In this document: in pieces, positions 9,802 to 19,313 of the stretch
Position numbering within the stretch: position 1 is the stretch's first letter
How the letters are laid out: each line of letters starts with the position of its first letter
Assembly: GCA_031424975.1 (NCBI GenBank)
Contig: JANPIL010000141.1
Location: forward strand, 7,293-71,292
DNA from: Sphingobacteriales bacterium
GTDB taxonomy: Bacteria; Bacteroidota; Bacteroidia; Cytophagales; 172606-1
DNA: 64,000 nt
Direction of reading: 5' to 3'
Made by a program: the position numbers and the translations under genes
The notes under the pieces: model-generated
What the model was told of the DNA's origin: nothing
Database searches by the model: none
What the model saw: only the letters and a program-made list of their open reading frames with translations

Positions 9802-9874
9802 TTCTTGCGAGTCCACAGACCACGGTCGGCAGTCCACAGGTAAACCGTAGGAGCCGCCTAATTGACTGTTGGCG

Positions 9875-9903
9875 GGTTTGGGCTTTTTAAAGGATACTAT
9901 TTT
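9875..9903 (-). repeat. Motif A copy
   Basis: GGTTTGGGCTTTTTAAAGGATACTATTTT. Confidence 0.9.
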
Positions 9904-9976
9904 AGCCAACAGTTCACGTCCGACAGTCCACTGAAAAAAACAGATTGATACTGACAAACTACCGCCGCCGAGTTAG

Positions 9977-9997
9977 CCTGCCTGCCGGACAGGCAGG
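9977..9997 (+). repeat. Variant of the 20-bp palindrome
   Basis: CCTGCCTGCCGGACAGGCAGG. Confidence 0.7.
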
Positions 9998-10101
9998 GAA
10001 TCTCGGAACATGGGCGGCACGAGATGGGAATCTCGCGCCAGCGGGAACCGCCTGATTTTTCAATACCCACCACATTGGTGGTTTAAACGCAAAACAATCT
10101 T

Positions 10102-10662
10102 ATGGAGGAAATACAATTTTATCTGGACGAGGGCAGGGAAGACATGGAAAAATCCCTGAGGCACACGTCAAGCGAACTTGCCCGGATCAGGGCGGGGCGG
10201 GCCACGGTACACATGGTAGACGGGCTGATGGTTGAATACTACGGCTCGCCCACGCCACTGAGCCAGATGGCTTCGGTTACCGTGCCCGACTCGCGGACGC
10301 TGGCTATCAAGCCCTTTGAAAAGAAAATGGTGGGCGAAGTGGAAAAAGCCATTCGCAACAGCGACTTAGGCGTAATGCCCCAGAACGACGGCGAGACGGT
10401 GCGCATCAGCATTCCGCCGCTCAGCGAGGAACGCCGCCGCGAACTGGTGAAACGCGCCAAAAACGAGGTGGAAAGCGGCAAGGTCAGCATCCGCACTGTG
10501 CGCAAGGAAACCAACGAAGCCCTGCGCAAATTGCTGAAAGAAGGCGCATCGGAAGACGATGTGAAACGCGCCGAGGAGAAAGTACAAGCCCTGACCGACC
10601 AGTACATTGCCAAAGCCGATGAGATGGCGGGTAAGAAGGAAACTGAGATAATGACGATTTGA
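10102..10662 (+). CDS. frr: Ribosome recycling factor
   Basis: IRAGRA, IPPLSEERRRELVK. Confidence 0.97.
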   Translation: MEEIQFYLDEGREDMEKSLRHTSSELARIRAGRATVHMVDGLMVEYYGSPTPLSQMASVTVPDSRTLAIKPFEKKMVGEVEKAIRNSDLGVMPQNDGETVRISIPPLSEERRRELVKRAKNEVESGKVSIRTVRKETNEALRKLLKEGASEDDVKRAEEKVQALTDQYIAKADEMAGKKETEIMTI

Positions 10663-10712
10663 TTTTCCGGCAGTTATTCGCCATTTGAAACCCGGCTATG
10701 GCAAGATAGACG

Positions 10713-10741
10713 GGTTTCGTATTTTGAAAGGATACTATTCT
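10713..10741 (-). repeat. Motif A copy
   Basis: GGTTTCGTATTTTGAAAGGATACTATTCT. Confidence 0.85.
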
Positions 10742-10788
10742 TGCAGGAAGTACGCAGATTGCTTGGTTGGCACTTAATTGCCAATTAC

Positions 10789-10970
10789 GCACAACGGACA
10801 GGGCTTGGCGAAGTGTGGGAAATAGAATTCCGTCCGCCCGCGGCTATCTGAAACCAAATTTACAAATAGAAGCTAATTATTTGCACATGGCTAAATTAAT
10901 AACTTCCTGCTGGATATGAAGCCAAATTGAAAAACAAAAAGTTGAAACACAGCTTCCGTCAGTCCACCAA
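10789..10970 (-). other. Truncated attC-like site (array 1)
   Basis: Begins GCACAAC and shares GGGCTT..GTGTGG..AATAGAATT..GTC..GCCCG and CTTCCGTCA with the 11644 and 12520 sites; the second arm is missing; right limit approximate. Confidence 0.5.
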
Positions 10971-11121
10971 GAAAAACTTATGATTTCTTTTGCTTTTAAG
11001 CATTCTACTATTTCTACTGTATGATGTTGACTATGGTGAATAGTATTTATATAAAATTCTAATCCTGAACTGTCTGGCCGTAGTGTCCGCTACGACCAGA
11101 CCCAGCCGAGTAACTGTAGTG

Positions 11122-11307
11122 TTATACCTTTCGGTATAACGTACCAATGACAAGTAAAATAAAGCCAATTAGTAACATTTCATAGTTATACTTTGACAAT
11201 ACATCTATGTGCGTGTAATGTCCCAAAATGCCTAAAAAGCCGACGATGAGGGCAAGAACCCAGACTATTTGGTTGGGTGCACTGGGCATAAATTTTTTGT
11301 TTGCCAT
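11122..11307 (-). CDS. Small two-transmembrane membrane protein
   Basis: 61 aa with two hydrophobic segments; AT-rich. Confidence 0.6.
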   Translation of the reverse strand: MANKKFMPSAPNQIVWVLALIVGFLGILGHYTHIDVLSKYNYEMLLIGFILLVIGTLYRKV

Positions 11308-11511
11308 GGTTATTTGATTTAATTAAGGTTAAATTATTCTTTATATGAACCGTTTATTGAGTAACAATGACTCCCTTCAAAAGTAGGTCTATTTGAATTC
11401 TCAATCAAGGTAGATTTGTTCCAAACTTTGAGTTAACCAAATTTCTTCTATGGAGCTGCTATACACTGATAATCAACAGATTGTGTATTTTTCCAATAAA
11501 GCCGAACCCAG

Positions 11512-11540
11512 AAAACAGTATCTTTTCAAAACGCAAAATC
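11512..11540 (+). repeat. Motif A copy
   Basis: AAAACAGTATCTTTTCAAAACGCAAAATC. Confidence 0.75.
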
Positions 11541-11643
11541 CCTTTTTGTCAAAACAAACAGAGAACGTGCATTGCACGGATGAGAATGCAGTTTAAACAA
11601 GTTTTTAACTAACTGATTATCAACCGATAACAACTCTAAGGAC

Positions 11644-11839
11644 TGCTAACGCGCAGGGCTTTGCGCAGGTGTGGAATTAGAATTGCGTCTGCCCGGAACC
11701 GATGCCGGTTGAAAAAATAAAGTTAAAGTCAAGTGAAAAAATTCACTGATGTACGTCAAGCCCGAACAAAAGCTGAATAGAATTACAAATGCTCATTGTT
11801 ATTCCGTCTGCCCAACTTGCACAAAACCCCATGTTAGTG
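11644..11839 (-). other. attC-like recombination site (array 1)
   Basis: TGCTAAC...GTTAGTG ends; complementary arms GGGCTTTGCGCAGGTGTGG / CCCAACTTGCACAAAACCCC; stop codon overlap. Confidence 0.7.
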
Positions 11840-12493
11840 GCTGGCTCTGTGTTTTCGCATCGCATTATGTATGTCATTAATTAGTTTTTCAATTTTTGTC
11901 AATGAGTATTTACAAAATTCGCTGTCAATTTGTATGTTAAAATTTTCCTCGTCATATTCTGTTAATTCTATCGGACTATACTTTTGACAAATCTTTATTG
12001 TATCTATTGTCGATTTTGATAAGATTCCATCAGAATGCACAAATACATTCCGTATCTTATTAAAATCATTTACTTCTGTCCAAGTTTCAGACTCAAATGG
12101 CTCTATAATGTTACATACTTTTTTCAAATACAAGCTACTTCTAAATATTCCACTCCCACTAATATCTTTCAGAGTTAATTTATAAGAGTTTGATTTTTTT
12201 AAATTTTTACATATTTGGTCAAGTGAATTTTCAAGTAGAAAGTAGGTACTCAAAAATATTGATTTCCATAGTATCATAGGAAAAATTCCTTCATATTGAA
12301 TTTTCTTGCCAAATCTTTCGTCAATTACATCTTCATCAGTACTGCTTTCCATTGCAGTAATTTTTGTCTTTAAAAATACTTCTGTTTCACTTATTAAATC
12401 TTCATAATGTTTCAACTCATCATATACTCCGTGATTGAAGAAAAAATGATAAGTATAAGTGTCTTCTTCTTGTTTTTTTAAATCTTCGTCCAT
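11834..12493 (-). CDS. Hypothetical protein (cassette ORF, array 1)
   Basis: 219-aa AT-rich ORF; its TAA stop overlaps the end of the attC-like site. Confidence 0.75.
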   Translation of the reverse strand: MDEDLKKQEEDTYTYHFFFNHGVYDELKHYEDLISETEVFLKTKITAMESSTDEDVIDERFGKKIQYEGIFPMILWKSIFLSTYFLLENSLDQICKNLKKSNSYKLTLKDISGSGIFRSSLYLKKVCNIIEPFESETWTEVNDFNKIRNVFVHSDGILSKSTIDTIKICQKYSPIELTEYDEENFNIQIDSEFCKYSLTKIEKLINDIHNAMRKHRASH

Positions 12494-12519
12494 TTTTTAA
12501 AAGGTCTGTTTGAGCTTAC

Positions 12520-12716
12520 CACTAACGATCGAGTATTGCTGCAGTTGGGGAATTGACCAACTATCTGCCCGGTACTGAAGCTAAATTAATAACTAAAAGC
12601 CGAAGTTAAGAACTAATGATCGGTAGAATTCCGTCCGCCGGATATAAAGCTTGGATATGCACTGCTGCTGATTGTACTTCCGTCAAACCCCAATTGCAGC
12701 AATACTTTTGTTGGCA
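12520..12716 (-). other. attC-like recombination site (array 1)
   Basis: CACTAAC...GTTGGCA; arms AGTATTGCTGCAGTTGGGG / CCCCAATTGCAGCAATACT. Confidence 0.72.
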
Positions 12717-12725
12717 GCCGTATTT

Positions 12726-13529
12726 TTAGTCAATGAATACTTTGCGATGTCTCATGTCATGTTTAAATATTTCATCGGATTTCATTGTCTTACCCTTATA
12801 AATGTTTGAAGGTTTACACTTGTCGCAATTAATCACTCTATATACTAAGTTGTAGCCTTTGTGTTTTTTATTCTTTCCAACTACAACTCCTTTAATTATA
12901 CAGTCATAAGTTATGTAGTCAGTGAAAGCTGAATAAGAAAACAAAGTAGCACTATCAGTTCCGTCATGTCTGGATTGTTCTTTGAATGGGATTTTGATGG
13001 TGTCGCCTATATTCACTTTCTCAAAAATTTGTTTGAGTTCAGCTTCTTTTTTTATCATTTGCCGTTTTACCTCGTCAAAATATAGTTTGTCTGGCTCAAA
13101 CTCATTTGAATAACAAGTTATTTCCTTAGAAAATAGTCCTTTGTTATATGCTTGCAAATGAAGTTCTGGCAACTTATTAAATTGCTTTAATCGCTGTCTG
13201 TCAATTTTTTTTGGTGACATGAAGTCATAAGTTCCAGCGTACAGCATAATAATTTCAAGTGTATCGCATTTTTTTTGCAATTTGATTTTTGTCCGCTCAA
13301 ACCCAACCCAAGTAAAAAATAGAATTTGTATTTGTTGCGGTACTTCAATTTTAAATCTGCCGTTTAAATCTGTCCTGCCAAACAAAATTGTGTCTTTGTT
13401 TTGAATGTGGACGTCAGGTAGCGGCTCTAAGTCTTGTGAAATAACTCTTCCCCGAATAGTTCGGGTTTGTCCACACAGAATTGTGTCAAACAAAAGTAAA
13501 GTCGCTATAAAAATGACTGTAAGTTTCAC
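12726..13529 (-). CDS. Carboxypeptidase-regulatory-like domain protein (cassette ORF, array 1)
   Basis: Signal peptide, TIRGRVISQDLEPLP..TDLNGRF..FTWVGFE; GTG start 13529 just downstream of the attI-like GTT. Confidence 0.7.
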   Translation of the reverse strand: MKLTVIFIATLLLFDTILCGQTRTIRGRVISQDLEPLPDVHIQNKDTILFGRTDLNGRFKIEVPQQIQILFFTWVGFERTKIKLQKKCDTLEIIMLYAGTYDFMSPKKIDRQRLKQFNKLPELHLQAYNKGLFSKEITCYSNEFEPDKLYFDEVKRQMIKKEAELKQIFEKVNIGDTIKIPFKEQSRHDGTDSATLFSYSAFTDYITYDCIIKGVVVGKNKKHKGYNLVYRVINCDKCKPSNIYKGKTMKSDEIFKHDMRHRKVFID

Positions 13530-13543
13530 ATTAATATGTCTGC

Positions 13544-13567
13544 CAACTCTCAAATAGACGCAAGTTT
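13544..13567 (-). other. attI-like array head (array 1)
   Basis: CAACTCTCAAATAGACGCAAGTTT, identical to 26394-26417; on the - strand it ends in GTTG. Confidence 0.65.
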
Positions 13568-13920
13568 TGCGCCTCATCGCAATGTTAGTGAAAGGGGCTG
13601 AAGATACCAAAATACGGTGTCCATTTTTCCATAACCGTTTTACAATCAGTTGGATAAGCCCTTACGATTACTGCCAGGTTAAGTTGAACAATACAAAATG
13701 CGCATTGAGTACTAGACGGTGTTTATCGTTTTCGGCAATACAAAATACGCATTGCGGCAATGACACTATTTTGCCTGTCAGCAATACAATATGCGCAATA
13801 ATGCGTGCCGTCATTTCAGAGTGTCCAGCGGGCTTTTCGTATTCTTCAAATTCCTTTGGCTCACGCATATCTAATGCATCTTTCAAGAATAACCCCAAAA
13901 CCCCCGCCGACACCAGCAGG

Positions 13921-13949
13921 GGTTTTGTGTTTTCGAAACATACTATTTT
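13921..13949 (-). repeat. Motif A copy
   Basis: GGTTTTGTGTTTTCGAAACATACTATTTT. Confidence 0.88.
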
Positions 13950-14030
13950 CCAAGGATGGTTTTGGGGTAGGCTGGCAATATGGAAAACGGGGACGTAATT
14001 TATGCCTGCCGCCATATTGCCAAACCAATG

Positions 14031-14939
14031 TCAGTGATGGCTTTTTATTTTATCTCCAATATAGTTCAAAGCCTCACCGTAAGTTTCAATTCCGTGTCCC
14101 ACATTGTTGAATACTTTTATTTCTTTCAAAAACCTTAAATGTTGTTTTGCATTTTCAATGGATTTTTGAAATGGAAAGAGCAAATCCTTGTCACCTTCGA
14201 TAAGGTAGGTTTCGGCTTTTACATCTGAGAGTTGCTTGTCCATGTAATATGGCTTTTGTGTCCTGTCCTTGTAGCGGCTTATTGCAAACACCTCATAGTC
14301 AACAAGCATTTTTTCCGAAAACACAGATAGCTTGTGATGGGGTTTTGAAAAAACGGCTTTATCCAAAAATTTCAACACATTCTTTTCCGTCGGGCTTACA
14401 ATGGGCAGCAAATTGAAATAAAGGTTTTTGAGTGTCATCGAAAAAGGTTGCAAACAGCCAGGATTCAGCAAAAAAGCCGACTTTATTTTTTCAGGCTTCA
14501 CTATTCCAAGTTTCATGCAGATGAGACCGCCAAATGAAGCTCCTGCAACAAATGCTTTTTCGATATTCAATTTGTCAAAAACTTCTGCCGCCCAAAAACC
14601 ATAGTCCAACGATTTGATTTCCGGGGTTGCCCCATCACTCAGATTGGGAAGGCCATTTGTTTCCACCATGAAGATTTTCATCTTATGGTTCAGGTTGTCA
14701 AGCCCTTTGTCAAAATCCCAAATCAAAGAGGTTGTTCTTGCACCCGGAAAAATCACCAATGTCTCAAGATGTTCCTCCTTTGTGTTGAGACCCCAGACAT
14801 GGGTGTTTCCAAGTGAAGTTTTTATTTCATAACGTTCATATTGCCTCCCGTTATTTTTCTCCAATTGTCTTACCCAACTTTCAAAATGCTCGAAGTCGGC
14901 CTTTTCATCTTTAAAACATGATTCTTTTTTTATTTCCAT
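14031..14939 (-). CDS. Alpha/beta hydrolase
   Basis: GASFGG nucleophile elbow, GDKD, GHG; lower GC. Confidence 0.85.
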   Translation of the reverse strand: MEIKKESCFKDEKADFEHFESWVRQLEKNNGRQYERYEIKTSLGNTHVWGLNTKEEHLETLVIFPGARTTSLIWDFDKGLDNLNHKMKIFMVETNGLPNLSDGATPEIKSLDYGFWAAEVFDKLNIEKAFVAGASFGGLICMKLGIVKPEKIKSAFLLNPGCLQPFSMTLKNLYFNLLPIVSPTEKNVLKFLDKAVFSKPHHKLSVFSEKMLVDYEVFAISRYKDRTQKPYYMDKQLSDVKAETYLIEGDKDLLFPFQKSIENAKQHLRFLKEIKVFNNVGHGIETYGEALNYIGDKIKSHH

Positions 14940-15019
14940 CGTCTTTCATGTTGGCGTTTTTTTGAAACACCCGCCTTTTTACAGTACCAGCCGTGCTTTT
15001 TGCTCGTTTGCCGGCAGGG

Positions 15020-15048
15020 GGTTTGGCCTTTTTGAAACATACTATTTT
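15020..15048 (-). repeat. Motif A copy overlapping the treS stop codon
   Basis: GGTTTGGCCTTTTTGAAACATACTATTTT. Confidence 0.9.
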
Positions 15049-18000
15049 GCCGCGTACTCGTCCATGATGTATTTGATGCCGCGAATCGGGATCACCACCC
15101 AGTCGGGGCGCATATTCAGCTCGTAGTTGAGTTCGTAAATCGCTTTTTCAAGGATGAAGATTTGCAGCATCAGGTCAACATCTTCCAAGGTGTCGGGCAG
15201 GAAATCCTGGCCGTTGGCGGTTTCCAGGTACGATTGCATGAAAAAGCCCGACACGTAGTGGAACCACTGCTCGGCCCACGTTTGCAGGTAGGCCACATCT
15301 TCGCGGCGCATTTTTTCGTCCTGAATCAGTTGGTAGAACGCCGCGTAGTGAAACGACCGGATCATGCCCGCCACGTCGCGCAGGGCGGAGCGTTTCAGGC
15401 GGCGTTCACTGAACGAACGTATTGGCTCGCCTTCGAAGTCAATGATGATGAAATCCTCGCCCGTAAACAGCACCTGGCCCAAGTGGTAGTCGCCGTGGTT
15501 GCGAATCTTGTTGGTGTTGAACTTGTGGCTGTACACGCGCTGCATGAATTTCAGGATGGCGGGCCGCATACCCAGCACTTCTTCGGCTTCGGCCCGCACC
15601 GATTCGGGCAGCGTGGACAGCTTTTTCTTCAGCAAATCAAACGAGCCGCGCACCTGCGCCACCAGCGACGAATACAGCGAACGCTGGTAGTGCAGCGAAT
15701 AGGCTTCCGGCTCAAAGCCTTTTTCCTCAGGATGCGAGGCAAGTGCCAAGTGCATTTCGGCGGTGCGCTGGCCCAGCAGCCGCACCCGCTCCACGTACGC
15801 GCCCCCGAGCAGTTGCTGCATTATTTCGGGAATCTGCTCGAACGTGACCGGCTTAGTGAGCATCCCCATGGGCGGCAGCACGTTTAAATGGCGGTTTTCG
15901 GTCAGTTTGCGGTCGAAGAACCGGCGCAGCACATCACCGAAGTACGTCCAGGCATCGCCTTGGTTAGGCACCAGTTCCTGCATCATGCCCAGCACCATGG
16001 GGTCGTGTTTGGCCTGCTGGTATTCAAGCGAACCGGCAAACTTGGGCACGTGCCTGAAATTGGTCTGCTCGGTCAGGAAGCGGGTTATTTCCAAATCGGG
16101 GTTGTAGGCGCGGTCCAGTTTGCGGTAAATCTTGAAGAAATACTTGTCGTCGAAAACCGCCGAGGTGTTGCTCTGCTCGGCATTCAATATCTTGGATTTC
16201 ACTACCTGCTTTTTGGTTCCACGCAGGGCTTTTTCCACGTCTTTGGTCACGTAGGCGTTCAGGTCGCCATCGCCCACGCGCATCTTGCGTTTCTGTGTCA
16301 TCAATGCGTACAGCACGTTGCGGAACTCTTCGCTGTACACGGCATCGTAGAGTATGCCTTTTTTGCCACCCACCAGCACCGGCACAATGATTGCCTTCGG
16401 GCTTTCGTCGCGGATTTTCCGTTCCTCGTCGCCAAAAGCCAGTGCCACCGGCAGCGAATACATTTCGGGCAGGCCTTCGTTATAGTTCACTTCCAGCACA
16501 AAAAACGCCGACTCGCTGCTCACCGTCGGGATGGTGATGTTTTCCACGACTTGCACCGTCTGGATTGTGCGGGCTTTGCCGCCAAACCAACGGCAACTGA
16601 GCAGGTAGGACGGGAATACCTTGTTTTCCAAGAACCGGATTTTCTTGGCTTCCGACAGTTCATCCCAATCCGAAAGTTCCAAGGCGGGCAGTTGGCTGTT
16701 GTCCCTTGCCGAAGCCGCCACCTCCACTTTTTTCAGTGCCAGCCAATAATAGCTGTGCGCGGTCAGCGTGAACAGGTAATCGTGATCCTTGATGGGGGGG
16801 AATGCGTTGTGGCTGAACACTTCAACGGGTTCGTAGCCCCGGTAAGCCGATAGGTCCAGTTCAACCGCCTGCGGGAAACGCGACAGGTTGGCCACCACCA
16901 GCATAGTCTCGCCTTCATAGGAACGGATGAAGGCCAGCACTTTTGAGTTGGTAGGGTTCAGGAAATGGATGTCGCCCCGGCTGAATGCCTTGTAACGCTT
17001 GCGCATATCAATGATGCGCTTGGTCCACCAGAGCAGCGAATTTTGGTTTTTCTGCTGGTTTTCCACGTTTACCGACCCGTACATATATTCCGGGTCGCTC
17101 ACTACGGGCAGGTACAGTTGCTGCGGGTTGGCCTTGGAGAAACCGGCATTGCGGTCGTCGTTCCATTGCATGGGAGTCCGCACACCGTCACGATCCTTGA
17201 GGAAATAATTGTCGCCCATACCGATTTCATCGCCATAATACACCACCGGTGTGCCGGGCAGCGAAAATAGCAGCACGTTCATCAGTTCTATCTTACGGCG
17301 GTTGTTGTCCATGAGCGGAGCCAGCCGGTGCCGGATGCCGAGGTTTATCTTGGCCTGCGGGTCTTTGGCATACACCTTATACATGTAGTCGCGTTCCTCG
17401 TCGGTCACCATTTCCAGCGTCAATTCGTCGTGGTTGCGCAAAAATACCGCCCACTGGCACGCATCGGGAATGGAAGGTGTCTGCTCAATGATGTTCATGA
17501 TCGGGTAGCGGTCTTCCATTTTCACCGACATGTACATCCTCGGCATAATCGGGAAGTTGTAGTTCATGTGGCATTCGTCGCCGTTGCCAAAGTAGCTTGC
17601 CGAATCTTCGGGCCACATATTGGCTTCGGCCAGAAACATCCGGCCCGGATAATTCTTGTCCATGTGGGCGCGCATTTTCTTCAAAAATGCGTGCGTTTCG
17701 GGCAGGTTCTCGCAGTTAGTGCCGTCGCGTTCAAACAAATAGGGCACGGCATCCACCCGGAAACCGTCCACACCCATGTCCATCCAATAGTCGAAAATCT
17801 TGAAAACCTCTTCTTGCACCTTCGGACTGTCGTAGTTCAGGTCGGGTTGGTGGTGGAAAAACCGGTGCCAGTAGTAGGCCTTCGCCACCGGATCCCAGGT
17901 CCAGTTGGAGGTTTCGGTGTCGGTGAAAATGATGCGTACGTCCTCGTATTTCTTGTCCGTGTCGCTCCACACGTAAAAATCGCGATTGACCGAGCCCTCC

Positions 18001-18380
18001 GGTGCCCGCCTGGCCCGCTGGAACCATGGGTGCTGGTCGGAGGTGTGGTTCAGCACCAGTTCGGTAATCACGCGCAGGCCCCGGCGTTTGGCTTCCTTCA
18101 TGAAATTCTTAAAATCCTGGATGTTGCCGTACGTCGGGTTGATGGTGTAGTAGTCGGCAATGTCGTAGCCATCATCGCGCAGCGGCGACGGATAAAATGG
18201 CAGCAGCCAGATTGCCGTCACGCCCAGTTCTTCGAGGTAGTCCAGTTTCTGGATCAGGCCCTTGAAGTCGCCGATGCCATCGCCGTTGCTGTCGGCAAAC
18301 GCCTTGATGTGCAGTTCGTAAATGATTGCGTCCTTGTACCAGCGCAAGTTGTCGTCTTGGGGAAGTGTGTTCGTTGCCAT
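15042..18380 (-). CDS. treS: Trehalose synthase fused to maltokinase (TreS-Mak)
   Basis: WYKDAIIYE, SPLRDDGYD, GFRVDAV, FLRNHDELTLE; C-terminal kinase IRNHGDYHLGQVL..IIDFEGEP. Confidence 0.95.
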   Translation of the reverse strand: MATNTLPQDDNLRWYKDAIIYELHIKAFADSNGDGIGDFKGLIQKLDYLEELGVTAIWLLPFYPSPLRDDGYDIADYYTINPTYGNIQDFKNFMKEAKRRGLRVITELVLNHTSDQHPWFQRARRAPEGSVNRDFYVWSDTDKKYEDVRIIFTDTETSNWTWDPVAKAYYWHRFFHHQPDLNYDSPKVQEEVFKIFDYWMDMGVDGFRVDAVPYLFERDGTNCENLPETHAFLKKMRAHMDKNYPGRMFLAEANMWPEDSASYFGNGDECHMNYNFPIMPRMYMSVKMEDRYPIMNIIEQTPSIPDACQWAVFLRNHDELTLEMVTDEERDYMYKVYAKDPQAKINLGIRHRLAPLMDNNRRKIELMNVLLFSLPGTPVVYYGDEIGMGDNYFLKDRDGVRTPMQWNDDRNAGFSKANPQQLYLPVVSDPEYMYGSVNVENQQKNQNSLLWWTKRIIDMRKRYKAFSRGDIHFLNPTNSKVLAFIRSYEGETMLVVANLSRFPQAVELDLSAYRGYEPVEVFSHNAFPPIKDHDYLFTLTAHSYYWLALKKVEVAASARDNSQLPALELSDWDELSEAKKIRFLENKVFPSYLLSCRWFGGKARTIQTVQVVENITIPTVSSESAFFVLEVNYNEGLPEMYSLPVALAFGDEERKIRDESPKAIIVPVLVGGKKGILYDAVYSEEFRNVLYALMTQKRKMRVGDGDLNAYVTKDVEKALRGTKKQVVKSKILNAEQSNTSAVFDDKYFFKIYRKLDRAYNPDLEITRFLTEQTNFRHVPKFAGSLEYQQAKHDPMVLGMMQELVPNQGDAWTYFGDVLRRFFDRKLTENRHLNVLPPMGMLTKPVTFEQIPEIMQQLLGGAYVERVRLLGQRTAEMHLALASHPEEKGFEPEAYSLHYQRSLYSSLVAQVRGSFDLLKKKLSTLPESVRAEAEEVLGMRPAILKFMQRVYSHKFNTNKIRNHGDYHLGQVLFTGEDFIIIDFEGEPIRSFSERRLKRSALRDVAGMIRSFHYAAFYQLIQDEKMRREDVAYLQTWAEQWFHYVSGFFMQSYLETANGQDFLPDTLEDVDLMLQIFILEKAIYELNYELNMRPDWVVIPIRGIKYIMDEYAAK

Positions 18381-18403
18381 TGTATTGGTGAGGTGAGTAA
18401 CCG

Positions 18404-18432
18404 GGTTTGGGTGTTTTGAAAGATACTATTTT
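18404..18432 (-). repeat. Motif A copy
   Basis: GGTTTGGGTGTTTTGAAAGATACTATTTT. Confidence 0.92.
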
Positions 18433-18764
18433 GTGAAAATGCCGAATAGCTTTTTCGGTTTACGATTGGATTTTGTCTCCTTGTACTGTTTGTATTTTCC
18501 AAGGTCTTTCCACGCTTCACTGTACATTGCAACACGGTTTTTGGCAGCATCAATGTAATGACCGCCCAATCCGTGAAGTGTGTTCAGTAAGGACTTGAAA
18601 AAATAATCGTCTTTTTAATCTATTCTTTTCCATCGCGCATTTTTCGTGACCCTTGTTTTTCTGATAGTTTTTTACTGCTTTTTTGCAATCCAAATCTCAA
18701 TAGATTCCAATCTTTAACGTTGGATTCAGAAGATGTTCTCTTGTTGGCAAGTTTTGCATATCAG

Positions 18765-19046
18765 TTAATTGCTTTGCACGAATATTGAATTCTCCAATTC
18801 ATCTTTGAAATACACTGTGTATCCTCTAACTGTCCCGTTCTTTTGGAGTCCAAAGTTGACACATATCCAAGCAGATTTCACACAATTACACGCAGAAAGC
18901 GAACAGGAATCCTCCAAAGATGATTTCACATCAAAAAAAACGTCAACCTTACCGGCTTTTGATAGATTTCCGTTAGGGTCAACGCCCTTATGAAACCATT
19001 TTTTTATTTCCACGAAATTTGATTTGGACACCTGTTTATCCATCAT
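18765..19046 (-). CDS. Hypothetical protein in an AT-rich islet
   Basis: 93-aa ORF only; may be a fragment. Confidence 0.4.
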   Translation of the reverse strand: MMDKQVSKSNFVEIKKWFHKGVDPNGNLSKAGKVDVFFDVKSSLEDSCSLSACNCVKSAWICVNFGLQKNGTVRGYTVYFKDELENSIFVQSN

Positions 19047-19107
19047 CGGATACGAGAAAAGTGTTATTCGCTTTTCATCAAGTGCGATTTAAAAAACACA
19101 TTGAAAA

Positions 19108-19136
19108 CAAATAGTATCTTTTGAAAACACCAAACC
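19108..19136 (+). repeat. Motif A copy
   Basis: CAAATAGTATCTTTTGAAAACACCAAACC. Confidence 0.9.
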
Positions 19137-19195
19137 CCTTTTGTCATTCAGACAAAGGAGGAATGACAAAAAAGAGCAATAAAAACGCTCCGTCC

Positions 19196-19224
19196 AAAAT
19201 AGTATCTTTCAAAAAGCCCAAACC
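19196..19224 (+). repeat. Motif A copy
   Basis: AAAATAGTATCTTTCAAAAAGCCCAAACC. Confidence 0.92.
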
Positions 19225-19239
19225 TGCCAACTGTCAATC

Positions 19240-19265
19240 GGGCAACCGCAAGGGTTGCCCCCTAC
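19240..19265 (+). repeat. REP-like hairpin GGGCAACCGCAAGGGTTGCCC-CCTAC
   Basis: Stem GGGCAACC/GGTTGCCC. Confidence 0.7.
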
Positions 19266-19313
19266 GGTTTCTGTCTGTGGACTGCCGACCGTCGTCTGTG
19301 GACTAAAAACAAC

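Noticed and set aside
8467-9957. 496-aa minus-strand ORF, and similar long antisense ORFs (21626-22975, 17328-18419, 37338-38471, 15888-16853, 7202-8098)
   Set aside because: These are shadow frames of GC-rich real genes with no recognisable domains. The 8467-9957 N-terminus is translated repeat sequence (KIVSFKKPKP).
13668-14015. 115-aa ORF
   Set aside because: It is largely composed of Motif A, CAATACAAAAT boxes and an attC half-site, so it is probably non-coding.
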